The translations under genes were made by a program, and so were the position numbers. The notes beneath the pieces are model-generated. The model was not told where the DNA came from. It was given only the letters and a program-made list of their open reading frames with translations, and did not search any database. 64,000 nt of DNA from Candidatus Melainabacteria bacterium 17Bon1m (GTDB lineage: Bacteria; Cyanobacteriota; Vampirovibrionia; Obscuribacterales; Obscuribacteraceae): positions 32,001 through 96,000 of the forward strand of contig JAVLKG010000012.1 in assembly GCA_032128875.1 (NCBI GenBank), written 5' to 3'. This document shows positions 17,793 through 28,512 of this stretch, piece after piece (position 1 is the stretch's first letter; each line of letters starts with the position of its first letter).

Positions 17793-18275
17793 ATGGAAGC
17801 GTCAATCACACTAATTACATCCCAAAAGGCGTTCAATCAGTTCTTTCCTGGTCTGATGTGGGATTGCGCGTATGTGAAAGAATCGCATTTTGTGCAGGCT
17901 CAGTGGCAAGCGCCCAATGGTGTGGCTTTTAAGGAACAGTCGATTCTACGCATCTTGTTCATGCTTCCGTGTGAGCTAGCGAATCAGGCTTTGGAGCTTG
18001 TCGCCTATGATGTTTCAAATTACTCAATGGCAGAGTGGCTTGATGACTGCGTTCCCACCGGCTCAATCAAGAGCCGGCAAGCAGAAGTTTCCTTCGGCCC
18101 CGTGACTATCAAATCAGCTTGTATCGGCTATCGCTGGGTCGATAACATCTCGTCCGGTCGGCACCAGTTTTTCACGCAAGAAGGATACTTCGACGAGCAA
18201 GGCCGTATCGTTGAGCCATACAATATTGACTGGCCGAGTGAGATGGATAAGCCGATCGAGGCAGTTGCTGACTAA
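17793..18275 (+). CDS. Hypothetical protein, paralog of the next gene
   Basis: Shares ITLITSQK, KES, LRILFxLPC, ALE, CxxYRW and PxNIDW with 18293-18772. Confidence 0.8.
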   Translation: MEASITLITSQKAFNQFFPGLMWDCAYVKESHFVQAQWQAPNGVAFKEQSILRILFMLPCELANQALELVAYDVSNYSMAEWLDDCVPTGSIKSRQAEVSFGPVTIKSACIGYRWVDNISSGRHQFFTQEGYFDEQGRIVEPYNIDWPSEMDKPIEAVAD

Positions 18276-18292
18276 CAAATGAGGCATTTTGA

Positions 18293-18772
18293 ATGAGCGC
18301 TGGCATCACACTGATCACCTCTCAGAAAGTGTTTGATGAGACTATTGCTTCATTAGACTGGCATGATGCTTTCATTAAGGAATCAATTTTTGTAGCAGGA
18401 ATATGGTTTCGTGCTGGAGGCGTTGCTTCTGGTGATGGCGATGTCTTACGGATTTTGTTCGTTCTGCCGTGTCAGTTTCCGAATTCTGCCTTGGAAGTTA
18501 TTGCATATGGTGTTAAACAATATCAACTGGCGAGTTTCTTGGATGACCACTCCCCTATCGCCGAAATTCGCCGACGAGATGCACACTTAAATCTTGGAAC
18601 ATTCGTGTCAGTCCATGCTTCTTGTTTTGCATACCGCTGGTTAGATAACCGTTTTGCTGGTTTTGAAACTTGCTACTCAGCTCTACCTATTCATAATGAA
18701 TTGGGAGAGCTACTTTATCCATTTAACATTGATTGGCGCACTGCAATGGATCTTGTATCCGATCTAAGTTGA
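18293..18772 (+). CDS. Hypothetical protein, paralog of the previous gene
   Basis: GAGG RBS; collinear similarity to 17793-18275; WHDAFI motif. Confidence 0.8.
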   Translation: MSAGITLITSQKVFDETIASLDWHDAFIKESIFVAGIWFRAGGVASGDGDVLRILFVLPCQFPNSALEVIAYGVKQYQLASFLDDHSPIAEIRRRDAHLNLGTFVSVHASCFAYRWLDNRFAGFETCYSALPIHNELGELLYPFNIDWRTAMDLVSDLS

Positions 18773-18863
18773 ACTGCGCTACAGAATAGACGCACTTTGT
18801 CTTCAATTGTGTGATGTGAGTCAGTGAGCAAGGAAAAAAGCAATTACAACATGGACAAAAACT

Positions 18864-19679
18864 TTACTGAACGTTGAATTTCCTTTGGTAGTCCGCAAGT
18901 ATTGCCCTTTCTTTTGCCGCGTTCTTTTTGTCTCCCTTCTTTTCATAGAGCTCAAGAAGCAATTTGTGCGCTTTCATATTTGTTGGAAGCGTTTGCACTG
19001 CTTGCTGAAGATCGGCAATTGCTTTTTTGTCTTGGTGCATCGCCATGTGTGCTTCGGCTCTGCGTCTTAAATTCGAAGAGTATGCCTTCGGATCATTTTT
19101 CTTCATTGCGATCAACTCGGTCTCGTCTTTTATGACTATAGGCCAACGTTTTAACTCTTTAGCCATATCGGAGTGAAGTGTTCTTATTACATCGTTGTCC
19201 GGAAACTTCTGCAAGAAGAGCTCCGATTCTTTCAACGCCTCGTCATATCGATGCAACTTCTGGAGGGGGCGAATTCTCACGCCTAAATAACCTTGAGAAC
19301 ATGCCATCGCTTTGTCCGCGGCTTTCAAAGCTAATTCCGGCTTGTTTTGCAAGAACAGAACTTCCGATTTCTTATTCCAAGCTTGTCCGTTCTTCGGCTC
19401 AAGTGACAGTGCTTTGTCGAGATTGCGAATTGCTTCGTCAGAATTGATGTCTGAAAGAATTAAACCCTTTAGGTAGTAAAAATTCGCGTTTTTGGGATCG
19501 AGCGCGATTGCCTCATCGATCTGCCGAAGCGCCAAGTTTCGCTTAGCGGGTTTTTGGCTGTTGTCTGTCGCCAGTTGGAAAAGTATGCTGGCTCGAGTTT
19601 GAGCTGATGGTCCGGCGAGTGACGGATTTGCACCGAGAAACAAGATGAGAAGAGAAAGAGCAAGAACGTTGGTAAACAT
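18864..19679 (-). CDS. Secreted TPR protein
   Basis: Signal-peptide-like MFTNVLALSLLILFLGANPSLA; TPR units EAIALDPKNANFYYLKG and KALSLEPKNGQAWNKK. Confidence 0.85.
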   Translation of the reverse strand: MFTNVLALSLLILFLGANPSLAGPSAQTRASILFQLATDNSQKPAKRNLALRQIDEAIALDPKNANFYYLKGLILSDINSDEAIRNLDKALSLEPKNGQAWNKKSEVLFLQNKPELALKAADKAMACSQGYLGVRIRPLQKLHRYDEALKESELFLQKFPDNDVIRTLHSDMAKELKRWPIVIKDETELIAMKKNDPKAYSSNLRRRAEAHMAMHQDKKAIADLQQAVQTLPTNMKAHKLLLELYEKKGDKKNAAKERAILADYQRKFNVQ

Positions 19680-19879
19680 GCAGTCTGGCTCGAATTTGTG
19701 CTTGTAGAGCGCAATATTAACATGGCAAAATGGCAAATCTCGCAGCTCTGGATGGTTTTGCCGGCTGTCAATGTTGTAAATTCACTCCCTTTGCAACGGC
19801 TCGCTTTTCTAGGTCTGTGACGCTCAGACCAGGTAGAATATATACTTTCAAAGGAATCGAGAGGCGAAGGAGCCGGGCT

Positions 19880-21514
19880 GTGTCATCAAACACTGAAATG
19901 CGGAGTACGCGCTTGAAAATAGTTAGCAAAGCACCGATATACGGCGTTCTTGCTGGGTTGCTTTTAAGTGGTGTTCTCCCATTGTCCGCTGTTGCGGCAC
20001 CCGCTACCTGGTCTGACTTCTTTACTGATGGTCAAAAAGCGCTGGAGCAGCAGAGCTTGTCGCTTGCCGAAAGTAAGTTTAGAAAGGCTTACGCGTATGT
20101 GTTGAGGCAGTCGAAAAATCCGGCGGATGAAGAGAAGTGCATGCTCAAGCTGGCTGCGACGCTGGCGTTGGAAGATAAAACGGTGGAAGCGCAGGCGCTC
20201 TACCAGAAATTACTTAGGCTCCTCACAAGCCGTTATGGTGTTCACAGCGCGCAGGTTGCGCCAGTATTGATGGCACTCGGTTCTCTGCAAGAAGCGGAGG
20301 GCGACCATTCGTCTGCAATGAGCTATTACCAACAAGCTCTATCAATTAACGAGTCAAGCTACGGTCCTTATAGTCCTTACGTCGCTAGTTCGTTGCGTCG
20401 AATGGGGCGCGCCAGCAAGAAAGCAGGCAGAATAAAAGACGCCGAGACGCACTATCAAAGAGCGATTTCTATACTTTCGAAAGATCCTAACGCCGATGCT
20501 GCGTCGCAGCTCGAAGGTGTGATGCATGATTATGGTGATTTGCTGAAGGGAAACGATAATTCGAACAAAGACTTGATCAAAGACTTTCAAGAAGACATTT
20601 TGAACAGCAAAAATCCGCCATCGCCGCAGCCGGAAAAACGTATTCAAGGCAGCGTTCAAAGTGGTGTTCAAAGAAGTGCCCAAATCAGCGCACAAAGCAG
20701 TACGCAAAGCGGCATTGCGAGCACTCAGAGTGAAAGCGAGAGAGTTGAACTTCGTCAGACCATTCCACCTACTGCTAGTTCGCAATCGCAGTTTCAAATT
20801 GCTAGCCAAAATCAGCTGGCGACTTCTCGACAAGGACAAACAGATGCGAACAGCGCTGTTGCTCTGCGCGGACTGATCGATCCGACCTCAGATAGAACTT
20901 TGGCACCAGCGTACAAGGTGCTCAGTGACTCGATTTTTAAACAGAACCGTTTTGAAAAAGGTGAGACATACTATCAGCGCATGATTGCAATTGATATCGA
21001 TGCGCTAGGTCCAAACCACCCGTCCGTTGCTAACGATCTGAATGGTTTGGCACAACTCTATATTGCTCAGCAACGCTATAAAGAAGCGCAACCATTGTTA
21101 ATTCGTGCTTTGCCGATTTACGAACAGGTGTATGGATCGAATAACCTACTCACCGTAAATACCCGGGCATCGCTCGCGTCTGTTGAATTGCAATTGGGCA
21201 ACTCAGACAAAGCGGCAGAACTATTTAGAAACGCGCTTACACAAGGGAAAACAGCGTTGGGTCCAAACAGTATTGAGACTGCGCGAATCTTGAATAACCT
21301 CGCATACTCGAAATACAAGCAAGGAAATTTGGATGAAGCACGTACATTCTATGAATGGGCGATCGCTAGTACTGAAGGCGCGGTTGGTGATAAGGACACG
21401 TTGCTTGCAGCATGTTTGCGGGATTACGCTCAAGTGCTAAGAAGCCTCGGTCGCGTGCAAGATGCAACTGCTGCTGAAAGCCGCGCTGCGAAAATCTTGG
21501 CGGAAGCGAAGTAA
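19880..21514 (+). CDS. Secreted TPR protein (kinesin-light-chain-type repeats)
   Basis: GTG start after AAGGAG (alternative ATG 19898); LGPNHPSVANDLNGLAQLYIAQQRYKEAQPLLIRAL-type repeats. Confidence 0.85.
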   Translation: MSSNTEMRSTRLKIVSKAPIYGVLAGLLLSGVLPLSAVAAPATWSDFFTDGQKALEQQSLSLAESKFRKAYAYVLRQSKNPADEEKCMLKLAATLALEDKTVEAQALYQKLLRLLTSRYGVHSAQVAPVLMALGSLQEAEGDHSSAMSYYQQALSINESSYGPYSPYVASSLRRMGRASKKAGRIKDAETHYQRAISILSKDPNADAASQLEGVMHDYGDLLKGNDNSNKDLIKDFQEDILNSKNPPSPQPEKRIQGSVQSGVQRSAQISAQSSTQSGIASTQSESERVELRQTIPPTASSQSQFQIASQNQLATSRQGQTDANSAVALRGLIDPTSDRTLAPAYKVLSDSIFKQNRFEKGETYYQRMIAIDIDALGPNHPSVANDLNGLAQLYIAQQRYKEAQPLLIRALPIYEQVYGSNNLLTVNTRASLASVELQLGNSDKAAELFRNALTQGKTALGPNSIETARILNNLAYSKYKQGNLDEARTFYEWAIASTEGAVGDKDTLLAACLRDYAQVLRSLGRVQDATAAESRAAKILAEAK

Positions 21515-21520
21515 ATTACT

Positions 21521-22798
21521 CTACCCTTTGTTGACAGGATTTACTTTCGACTGATTATCCAGTTCTTCGCTGCCCTCTGTTGCCACCATGTCGCCTTCGC
21601 GCAGGTCGCCGAACACTTCAACCATGCCGTCCATGAGCTGACCTTTTCGTACCGTTACCCATTCGACTACGTCGTTTTTGACACGGCAAACAAAAGTGTT
21701 AAGAGGTGTAGACACCACAGCGGAAACTGGCACGAAGAGCGACGATTCGCGGCGGCGTGTTGGCCAATATACTTTGCAGAACATACCAGGGAGGACCTTA
21801 AAGTCCGGATTGAGGAAGTTGAGTTCGACCGGCATCGTCCGCGTATCTTTATCAAGGTCGTTGCTGATACGAGCGACTGTTCCTGTGAAACGTTTGTCAG
21901 GGAAGGACGAAACCGAGAATTGGACTTCTGATCCGAGGACAACGCCAGCAGCGTCAACCTCAGGAACTGGAGCGATAATACGGAGCAGATCTAGTTGTTT
22001 TAATCGGCAAATTGGAGGATACGCTCCCGTTCCATCAGGGCCAACGAAGCTGCCGACGTGCATTTTTCTTTCAGTGACATATCCGTCAAATGGTGCAGGA
22101 ATTTCTAGGTATGAAGCGAAGTCTGCAAAGTTTTCGAATGACTTTGTCATTGCGTCCACTTCTTCCTTTTTCATCGCTACTTCGTGTGCTTTTGCATTGA
22201 CGCGTTTTATAAATGTATTGACGTCTTGGCGATCGGCTTCGACCGTTTGCGCCCACTGCACCACATCGTTGTCGGCAATTACGCCTGGGACAAGCGAAGC
22301 CGTGTAAACACGCTGATAGGTTGACTGATCGGCAAGCAGAGTTGCTTGATGTTTTTTCAGCTCCGCTTGCAGATCGCTTAATCTTGATTCTTCTGCAGAT
22401 AGTGCGGCTTTGAGGGCTGAGACCTTTGCTTGTGCTTCTGTCCTGCGCGCCAAATACTCGGGCGCGTACATCTTTACCATCGGCTGTCCCTGTTTCACAA
22501 TAGAGCCACGGTCGACACCGAGCCATTTGATGAAACCTGGTACTTTCGGATAGATAAGAACATCCTGATATGCGTTGATTTCTCCGGGAAGTTGGTCTTC
22601 GCGAAAAAGTGTCTTCGACACTACCTTGCTGACAGGAAGAGAAACAATTGTCTGTTTTTCTTCTGTCGAAACCAACGGTTGATTGTGTCGCATTTGCAAA
22701 AGGAAGAACGCACCGCCTGCCAGCGCAAGAACGATGACGACGAATATCAAATTTTTCGGACTGAATATTGATGATTTTTCGGTATGACTTTCCATCAC
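21521..22798 (-). CDS. RND efflux periplasmic adaptor
   Basis: IYPKVPGFIKWLGVDRGSIVKQGQ, APFDGYVTER, LPGMF; N-terminal TM anchor. Confidence 0.92.
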   Translation of the reverse strand: MMESHTEKSSIFSPKNLIFVVIVLALAGGAFFLLQMRHNQPLVSTEEKQTIVSLPVSKVVSKTLFREDQLPGEINAYQDVLIYPKVPGFIKWLGVDRGSIVKQGQPMVKMYAPEYLARRTEAQAKVSALKAALSAEESRLSDLQAELKKHQATLLADQSTYQRVYTASLVPGVIADNDVVQWAQTVEADRQDVNTFIKRVNAKAHEVAMKKEEVDAMTKSFENFADFASYLEIPAPFDGYVTERKMHVGSFVGPDGTGAYPPICRLKQLDLLRIIAPVPEVDAAGVVLGSEVQFSVSSFPDKRFTGTVARISNDLDKDTRTMPVELNFLNPDFKVLPGMFCKVYWPTRRRESSLFVPVSAVVSTPLNTFVCRVKNDVVEWVTVRKGQLMDGMVEVFGDLREGDMVATEGSEELDNQSKVNPVNKG

Positions 22799-22812
22799 GT
22801 TTTGTCCTTAAC

Positions 22813-25800
22813 TTAAAACCCGAGATCGTCTGGATGAAGTGATCTTGATTTGAGAGTTGCCTTGTTCTGAATAATTGCGAATACAAGTGGCAGCAGCGTC
22901 AGAACTGACAGTGTTGACATAGTCAGGCCACCAATAACTGCGCGTCCCAATGGTGCGCTTTGAGTTGACGAAAGTGCCATCGGCACCATACCTGCTACCA
23001 TTGCGATCGAGGTCATAAGAATCGGACGCATCCGTTGCTGCGCTCCGTGAATTGCTGCTTCTTCGGCATCCATGCCTTTAGCTCGACTTTCTTCCGCAAA
23101 CACGACCATCAAAATCGCGTTTGCAATTCCGACACCAATACACATGATTGCTCCCATGAACGACTGCACGTTGAGCGTCGTGCCGGTGATTGTGAGCATC
23201 GTCAAAACACCAAGCAAAATAGCAGGCGTCGTTGACATAACGATCAATACAACTCGTGCAGCTTGGAAGTAAGCAAGCAGCATCAGTGTGATAACCACAA
23301 CCGCGAGTACGAGTCCAGAAAGCAAGTGGAAGAAGGTATCTTCGAGTAGAGGAACCTGACCCATCACATCAACGAAAACGCCCGCAGGAGGTTTGCCAGC
23401 GCGACGCACGGCTTCTTTTACGGCATCGCCAACGCGTCCTAAATCGTTTCCTTGCAAATTGGCCGTCAATGACACCATGCGCATCATGTTGTAGCGATCG
23501 AACTCACCATTTGTAGTGCCATAGGCTACGTTCGCCACATCTTGAATAAGTGGGTGTTGTGCGTAACGAGGTTTGCGGTCTGGATAATAACGGTTCGTCA
23601 CTTGATCTTCGAGTTGATCTTTCCACTCTGACATCTCAATTCGTTTTGCACTGTTCATGGTCGGGAATTTTGCGATGTCGTCTTTCGATCGAATTTGATC
23701 TTGCGGCACCTGGACTTGTACCTGATATGAGAATCCGCTGTCTTTGTCACGCCACAAACTGAGATGGACGAATCGGCTCGAGAAATAAGCCGGTTGCAAC
23801 GATCTGCCTATATCCAGCGGCGTTACACCGAGCTGTCCGGCGAGTTCTCTATCAATGTCAATCTGCACCGACGGATAGTCGAGCGCTTGTCCCCACTGAA
23901 GATCTCTTAACTCCGGGATCTTCTGCATCTCTTTCAAAATTTTGCCGGCGAAAACTTTGTCCGCGATGATATTGTGTCCCGATACTTGCACCGTAATTGG
24001 TGTCGGTGATCCGAGGTTCATAATCTGACTGACTAGGTCGCCGGGCTCGAAGGAGAATCTCGTGTCAGGAATATCTTTGGAAAGTCTTTGTCTCAGGCGC
24101 TCTTTGAAGTCAGACATATTGATCTTCGCATCCTCCTTCAACTGAACATCCATAACCGCTTGGTGCGGTCCGCTTGTCCAAAGGAAGGCAGAACTGATAA
24201 CGAAGAACGGTGGTTGCTGACCTGCATAGCCAAGAGTTTTTTCAACGTTCTCTTTGCCGGCGAGTTCTTTCACTATTTCTAAAGTGCGCAAGACGCGTTT
24301 TTCCAAGGCTTCTACGCGCATGCCTGTGGGCGCTGAAATCCGCATACGGAATTGCGAGCTGCCCGAATCAGGGAACAACTGTTTCCCGATGTTTCCATAT
24401 AAGAGCACGACTAGCGTGACGGCAATTCCGACGTAACCAAATACGAGCACCAGGCGCAGTGGCATCAAAAACTTGAGCAAATCGCCAAGCTTGTCTTTAA
24501 CGCCCTCAATCCAATCAGGCTTCTTCTCTTTCTCACCTTCGCCACCATGTTCTGGTTTGATCAACCAAACACCGAGAATCGGTACAAGAGTCGATGCAAG
24601 GGTAGTCGATGCGATCATCGCAAAGCCGACCGCAAGCGAAAGAGGAATAAATAATTCGCGCGTAATGCCGGTCATAAAAAATGACGGTACGAATACTGCC
24701 ACCACGGATAGCATGGCTAACAGACGCGGCACCATGGTCTCGACGCAGGCATCGAAAACCGCCCGGTGTAATATTGCCCCTTCTGCAAGGTGGCTGTGTA
24801 TGTTTTCAATACAAACTGTCGCCTCATCGACGAGAATTCCGATTGCCAGCGCTAGACCGCTGAGTGTTTGGATGTTGAAGGTTTGCCCACAGAGCCACAA
24901 TCCGACGATCGCGGACATGAGCGAAATCGGAATGGTTGTGACGACGATGAGCGTGCTGCGGAAGTCTTTTAAGAAGAGCAAGATCATCAAACCAGGCAAG
25001 ATTGTCCCCATCAAACCTTCATGAAAGACGTCGTTGATTGCCTCTCTGACATACTTGGATTGGTCGAATTCATAACTGATCTTTACATCGTCAGGCAGCA
25101 CCGCTTGCATTCTTTTTAGCGCTTCGCGAAGCGCGTCAACGACCGAAACTGTCGATGCGTCCGCGCGTTTTACAGCAGGAATGTAGACGGTTTGTTTGCC
25201 TTGAAACAATGCATATCCGGCCAGGATGTCCGATGAATCTTGAATTACGCCAATGTCCTTAATGAATATCTGTGGACCATGGCCGGTTCGTATTGGCAAA
25301 TAATCCAGTTGATGGATATCCGGCAAGTCTGTGTTGACTGTCGCTATGCGCATGTAATCATCTGTGCGCACGTTGCCGGACGGCAGCACCTGGTTGCCGC
25401 CGTTGAGTGCTTCGATGACCTCATCGCCAGAGATGTTGTAGCGACGCAGTTTGTCCGCGTCGACGCTGATGACTATACTGCGTACATTGCCGCCGAAAGG
25501 AGGCGGAGCTTCCGCTCCCGGCACCGTCGCCAACATGGGGCGAATGCGCGTGTATGCAAGGTCTTCTAAGTCTTTTACTGACTTCGTATCTGACGATAAG
25601 ACGAGCTGTCCTACCGGCAAACTTCCAGGGTCGAATCGCAACACGAAAGGGTTATATGTTCCCTTCGGCATCAAACTGGTGGCGCGGTTGCACATTGCCA
25701 CAATCGCAGCCATTGCGCTCGCCATGTCGGTGTCTGGATGGAAATAGACTTTCATCAAACACAAGTTCTGAACAGTCTTCGACTCGATGTGTTCGATACC

Positions 25801-26025
25801 GGGCACGTACAAGAAATACAATTCATACGTTGATGTGATGTAGCCCTCGATTTGCTCGGGCGACATGCCGCCATAACCCTGAATGACGTAAATTGCGGGA
25901 ATCTTCAAGTCCGGGAAGATATCGCGCTTCATGCTTGTGATTGCCATCACCGAAATAAGCACTATGCTCAAAACGGCCGCCACAACAGTGATCGGTCGTT
26001 TCATTGCAAATGCGATTATCCACAT
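22813..26025 (-). CDS. RND efflux permease
   Basis: 1070 aa; GILVDEATVCIENI, RMRPILMTSIAMVAGMVP, APLGRAVIGGL. Confidence 0.95.
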   Translation of the reverse strand: MWIIAFAMKRPITVVAAVLSIVLISVMAITSMKRDIFPDLKIPAIYVIQGYGGMSPEQIEGYITSTYELYFLYVPGIEHIESKTVQNLCLMKVYFHPDTDMASAMAAIVAMCNRATSLMPKGTYNPFVLRFDPGSLPVGQLVLSSDTKSVKDLEDLAYTRIRPMLATVPGAEAPPPFGGNVRSIVISVDADKLRRYNISGDEVIEALNGGNQVLPSGNVRTDDYMRIATVNTDLPDIHQLDYLPIRTGHGPQIFIKDIGVIQDSSDILAGYALFQGKQTVYIPAVKRADASTVSVVDALREALKRMQAVLPDDVKISYEFDQSKYVREAINDVFHEGLMGTILPGLMILLFLKDFRSTLIVVTTIPISLMSAIVGLWLCGQTFNIQTLSGLALAIGILVDEATVCIENIHSHLAEGAILHRAVFDACVETMVPRLLAMLSVVAVFVPSFFMTGITRELFIPLSLAVGFAMIASTTLASTLVPILGVWLIKPEHGGEGEKEKKPDWIEGVKDKLGDLLKFLMPLRLVLVFGYVGIAVTLVVLLYGNIGKQLFPDSGSSQFRMRISAPTGMRVEALEKRVLRTLEIVKELAGKENVEKTLGYAGQQPPFFVISSAFLWTSGPHQAVMDVQLKEDAKINMSDFKERLRQRLSKDIPDTRFSFEPGDLVSQIMNLGSPTPITVQVSGHNIIADKVFAGKILKEMQKIPELRDLQWGQALDYPSVQIDIDRELAGQLGVTPLDIGRSLQPAYFSSRFVHLSLWRDKDSGFSYQVQVQVPQDQIRSKDDIAKFPTMNSAKRIEMSEWKDQLEDQVTNRYYPDRKPRYAQHPLIQDVANVAYGTTNGEFDRYNMMRMVSLTANLQGNDLGRVGDAVKEAVRRAGKPPAGVFVDVMGQVPLLEDTFFHLLSGLVLAVVVITLMLLAYFQAARVVLIVMSTTPAILLGVLTMLTITGTTLNVQSFMGAIMCIGVGIANAILMVVFAEESRAKGMDAEEAAIHGAQQRMRPILMTSIAMVAGMVPMALSSTQSAPLGRAVIGGLTMSTLSVLTLLPLVFAIIQNKATLKSRSLHPDDLGF

Positions 26026-26034
26026 ATAGTCGCT

Positions 26035-27543
26035 TTATCCCTGATTGCCTTTGCTATTTCCGGACACAATGTCGACCAATTGAAGGAATGGTCCCAGGTC
26101 TCCTTGCACGTAGCCAAGGTGCAGAATCGAGCGCCAGACCTCAATCTGCGCCAGGGCATTTTCTACTTCCGCCTCTGCGAGCGCCTTTTCTGCGTCCGCC
26201 AGCGAAACCATGTTTGTCAATCCAGCGCTGTATCGCTTCAGTACCTTGATTTCTCTCACGCGCGCCGATTCAACCAAAATTGGAGTCTGCGCCGCCACCT
26301 TTCGCGTCATCTCCAGCTCGATTCGAGCACGTGCATCTTTGCGTTCGAGCACCTGCATCGCCAGGTCGAAGTCAGCCTTGGCGGCCAACTGATTGCTGCG
26401 CGCCATGTCTTTTTGGGCTTTCAACGGAAAGTATTCAAGAACGGGGAAGCTGTACGAGACGCCGACCATGTAGTTGAAAACTTGAGGGAGAAATCCGCCC
26501 GCGACGGCACCAATCGGATTTACCGATTTGTCTGCGCCGCTGCCCCTGCCCCAGGCTGAAGCGTTCAACCACAAGTGTGGACGCCATGCCTTGTCGAGGA
26601 CGTCCCACTTGGCTTTCCATCGATAAATTTCTGCCTCTTTCATGCGTGCCAAAGGGTGCGAGGTCAAATCGACCGAGGAGACGGAGTTTAGGTACATCGG
26701 ACTGCGGGTGAGCGGGTCTGAGACTATATCGATGTCAGTCGAAGCGGTGCCCATCTTTTCTGCCAGATCGACAAGCGCTAGGCGCGTACTTTTTTCTGCC
26801 TTAATTAGGGCGATCTTGGTTCTAGAAACCTCAAAATCCCAGTCGGCCGCATCGACGCCGGGTCGTAAGCCTTCAGACACCAAGGTTTTCGCGCGCAAGT
26901 TTGCGGCTTCCATATGCTCGAGCGCGGCATTAGTTGACTTGATGATTTGCTTGGCAGCGACAGCGTCAAGGAATGCATCAGCGGCGTGAAACGCGACATC
27001 TAGTTTTGTTAGAGCGACATCGGCGCGCGCGGTTCGTGCGTCAGCATACGCAAAGCGGTCGTTGGCTTTTCGCATGCCGTAGTCGACGAGCAACCAGTTC
27101 AAGTTCAAACCCTGCAAATTGTTGCACTCTGGTGTAAGAGTGGTGCTCTTCACCGTCGGACCTGAATCGACAGGCACAGTATCGAAGCCGGACACGTTGT
27201 TCATAACAACGCTGGCGATGCGGTTTGGTGTGACGGCAGACACTTGAGTGTCGATGTTCAAGTTAGGTAAATACTGAGTTTTCGCGAGAGCGACGTTTGC
27301 TTTGGCCGCCCGCAGTTTAAAGAGCTTGCTTGTAATCTGCGGGTAGTTGCGAAGTGAAACATCGACAGCTTCGCGAATTGTCACTGCTTGGGTCGGGCGA
27401 ATCGGCTGAAACTGAATGTCTGGAACTTCTACTTCTCGACCGGCGGAGTAAGCTGGAAGATTGATACTTGTCAGTAACACGGCGACAAAAGCCAGGATAG
27501 CTACTACGCTTTTTCCTGGTTTCAACTGGGTCATTTTATGCAA
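26035..27543 (-). CDS. TolC-family outer membrane efflux protein
   Basis: Signal peptide; AKTQYLPNLN and RYSAGLTNMVSLADAE OMF repeats; first gene of an OMF-RND-MFP operon. Confidence 0.9.
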   Translation of the reverse strand: MHKMTQLKPGKSVVAILAFVAVLLTSINLPAYSAGREVEVPDIQFQPIRPTQAVTIREAVDVSLRNYPQITSKLFKLRAAKANVALAKTQYLPNLNIDTQVSAVTPNRIASVVMNNVSGFDTVPVDSGPTVKSTTLTPECNNLQGLNLNWLLVDYGMRKANDRFAYADARTARADVALTKLDVAFHAADAFLDAVAAKQIIKSTNAALEHMEAANLRAKTLVSEGLRPGVDAADWDFEVSRTKIALIKAEKSTRLALVDLAEKMGTASTDIDIVSDPLTRSPMYLNSVSSVDLTSHPLARMKEAEIYRWKAKWDVLDKAWRPHLWLNASAWGRGSGADKSVNPIGAVAGGFLPQVFNYMVGVSYSFPVLEYFPLKAQKDMARSNQLAAKADFDLAMQVLERKDARARIELEMTRKVAAQTPILVESARVREIKVLKRYSAGLTNMVSLADAEKALAEAEVENALAQIEVWRSILHLGYVQGDLGPFLQLVDIVSGNSKGNQG

Positions 27544-27776
27544 AGCCGGTTATCCAAAGACGCTGAATCGCGATGATTTCAGGAGGCACCTGCCCTGGGT
27601 GCTTTCAAATCTGCGACCGGCGGTCGCCGCAAATCAGCGTATATTTTACAAGAAATTCCGCCCGTCATTCTGATAAGACAGATGCTTTGAATACTTGATA
27701 TCGTCGTGCACCGGTTGAAGTTGTCGAGTCCGACGCGCCTTTTGCAATGCGGGCTGGGGAGAGTAGAATCAGCATC

Positions 27777-28502
27777 ATGGAAAGTTGCAGTCAAGAGAAA
27801 AGTGGGAAGGGGGGGGCGCAAGTTTTTCGCGCGCAGTTTTCGCATTCTCGAGTATTCTTTGCAGCTATTCTTGCGACTCTGCTGTGCACCACCATTGGTG
27901 CGTATGCTGATCCTATTGTTGATGAATCCACCGCTTCTCGTTCGGAGATGGAAACACCACCAGACAAAGGTGGTGATACGCAATCGCGCGTCGATTACTT
28001 ACGCGAGGAAGAACGAGAGCGCAAAGAAATTCGCGAACGCCGAGATGAGAAACGGGAAGAGCTTGAGATGAAAGCTCGCCAGGCAAGAAGTCTGTACGAT
28101 CCTTTTGATGGCTCGGAATTTAAGAAGAAGTCGTTTATTGATACCGACTTTCGCAAACAGAGCTTTACAGATCTTGGTGCTGTAAAACGAAGGAATGACA
28201 CTCGCCCAGACGACGATGCAGCTCGTACCAAAGATTTGTTTGGTAAGACTGCGGATGATCGGACCTCTTACTTTTATGCGCGGGAGAAAATGAAACGCGA
28301 TTTGCGTGAGAAACTACGCGATGACAAAATTTTGAGAGATTTGACGAAACCCATTCCGGGGGCTTTGCATGATTGGGTGCCGAAAGGACCAGACCCAATT
28401 CACAACGGCGGTTTCGAGCGCGAAGAGGATAATGGTCATCCTGTTCCTTACCATTTGAATGGTCACCCGGACTTTCAGCGTAAACTTCCCTGGGCGGAGT
28501 GA
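27777..28502 (+). CDS. Hypothetical exported, highly charged protein
   Basis: Hydrophobic segment VFFAAILATLLCTTIGAYA, then an Arg/Glu/Asp-rich body. Start uncertain (27747 or 27777). Confidence 0.6.
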   Translation: MESCSQEKSGKGGAQVFRAQFSHSRVFFAAILATLLCTTIGAYADPIVDESTASRSEMETPPDKGGDTQSRVDYLREEERERKEIRERRDEKREELEMKARQARSLYDPFDGSEFKKKSFIDTDFRKQSFTDLGAVKRRNDTRPDDDAARTKDLFGKTADDRTSYFYAREKMKRDLREKLRDDKILRDLTKPIPGALHDWVPKGPDPIHNGGFEREEDNGHPVPYHLNGHPDFQRKLPWAE

Positions 28503-28512
28503 GATTGAATTG

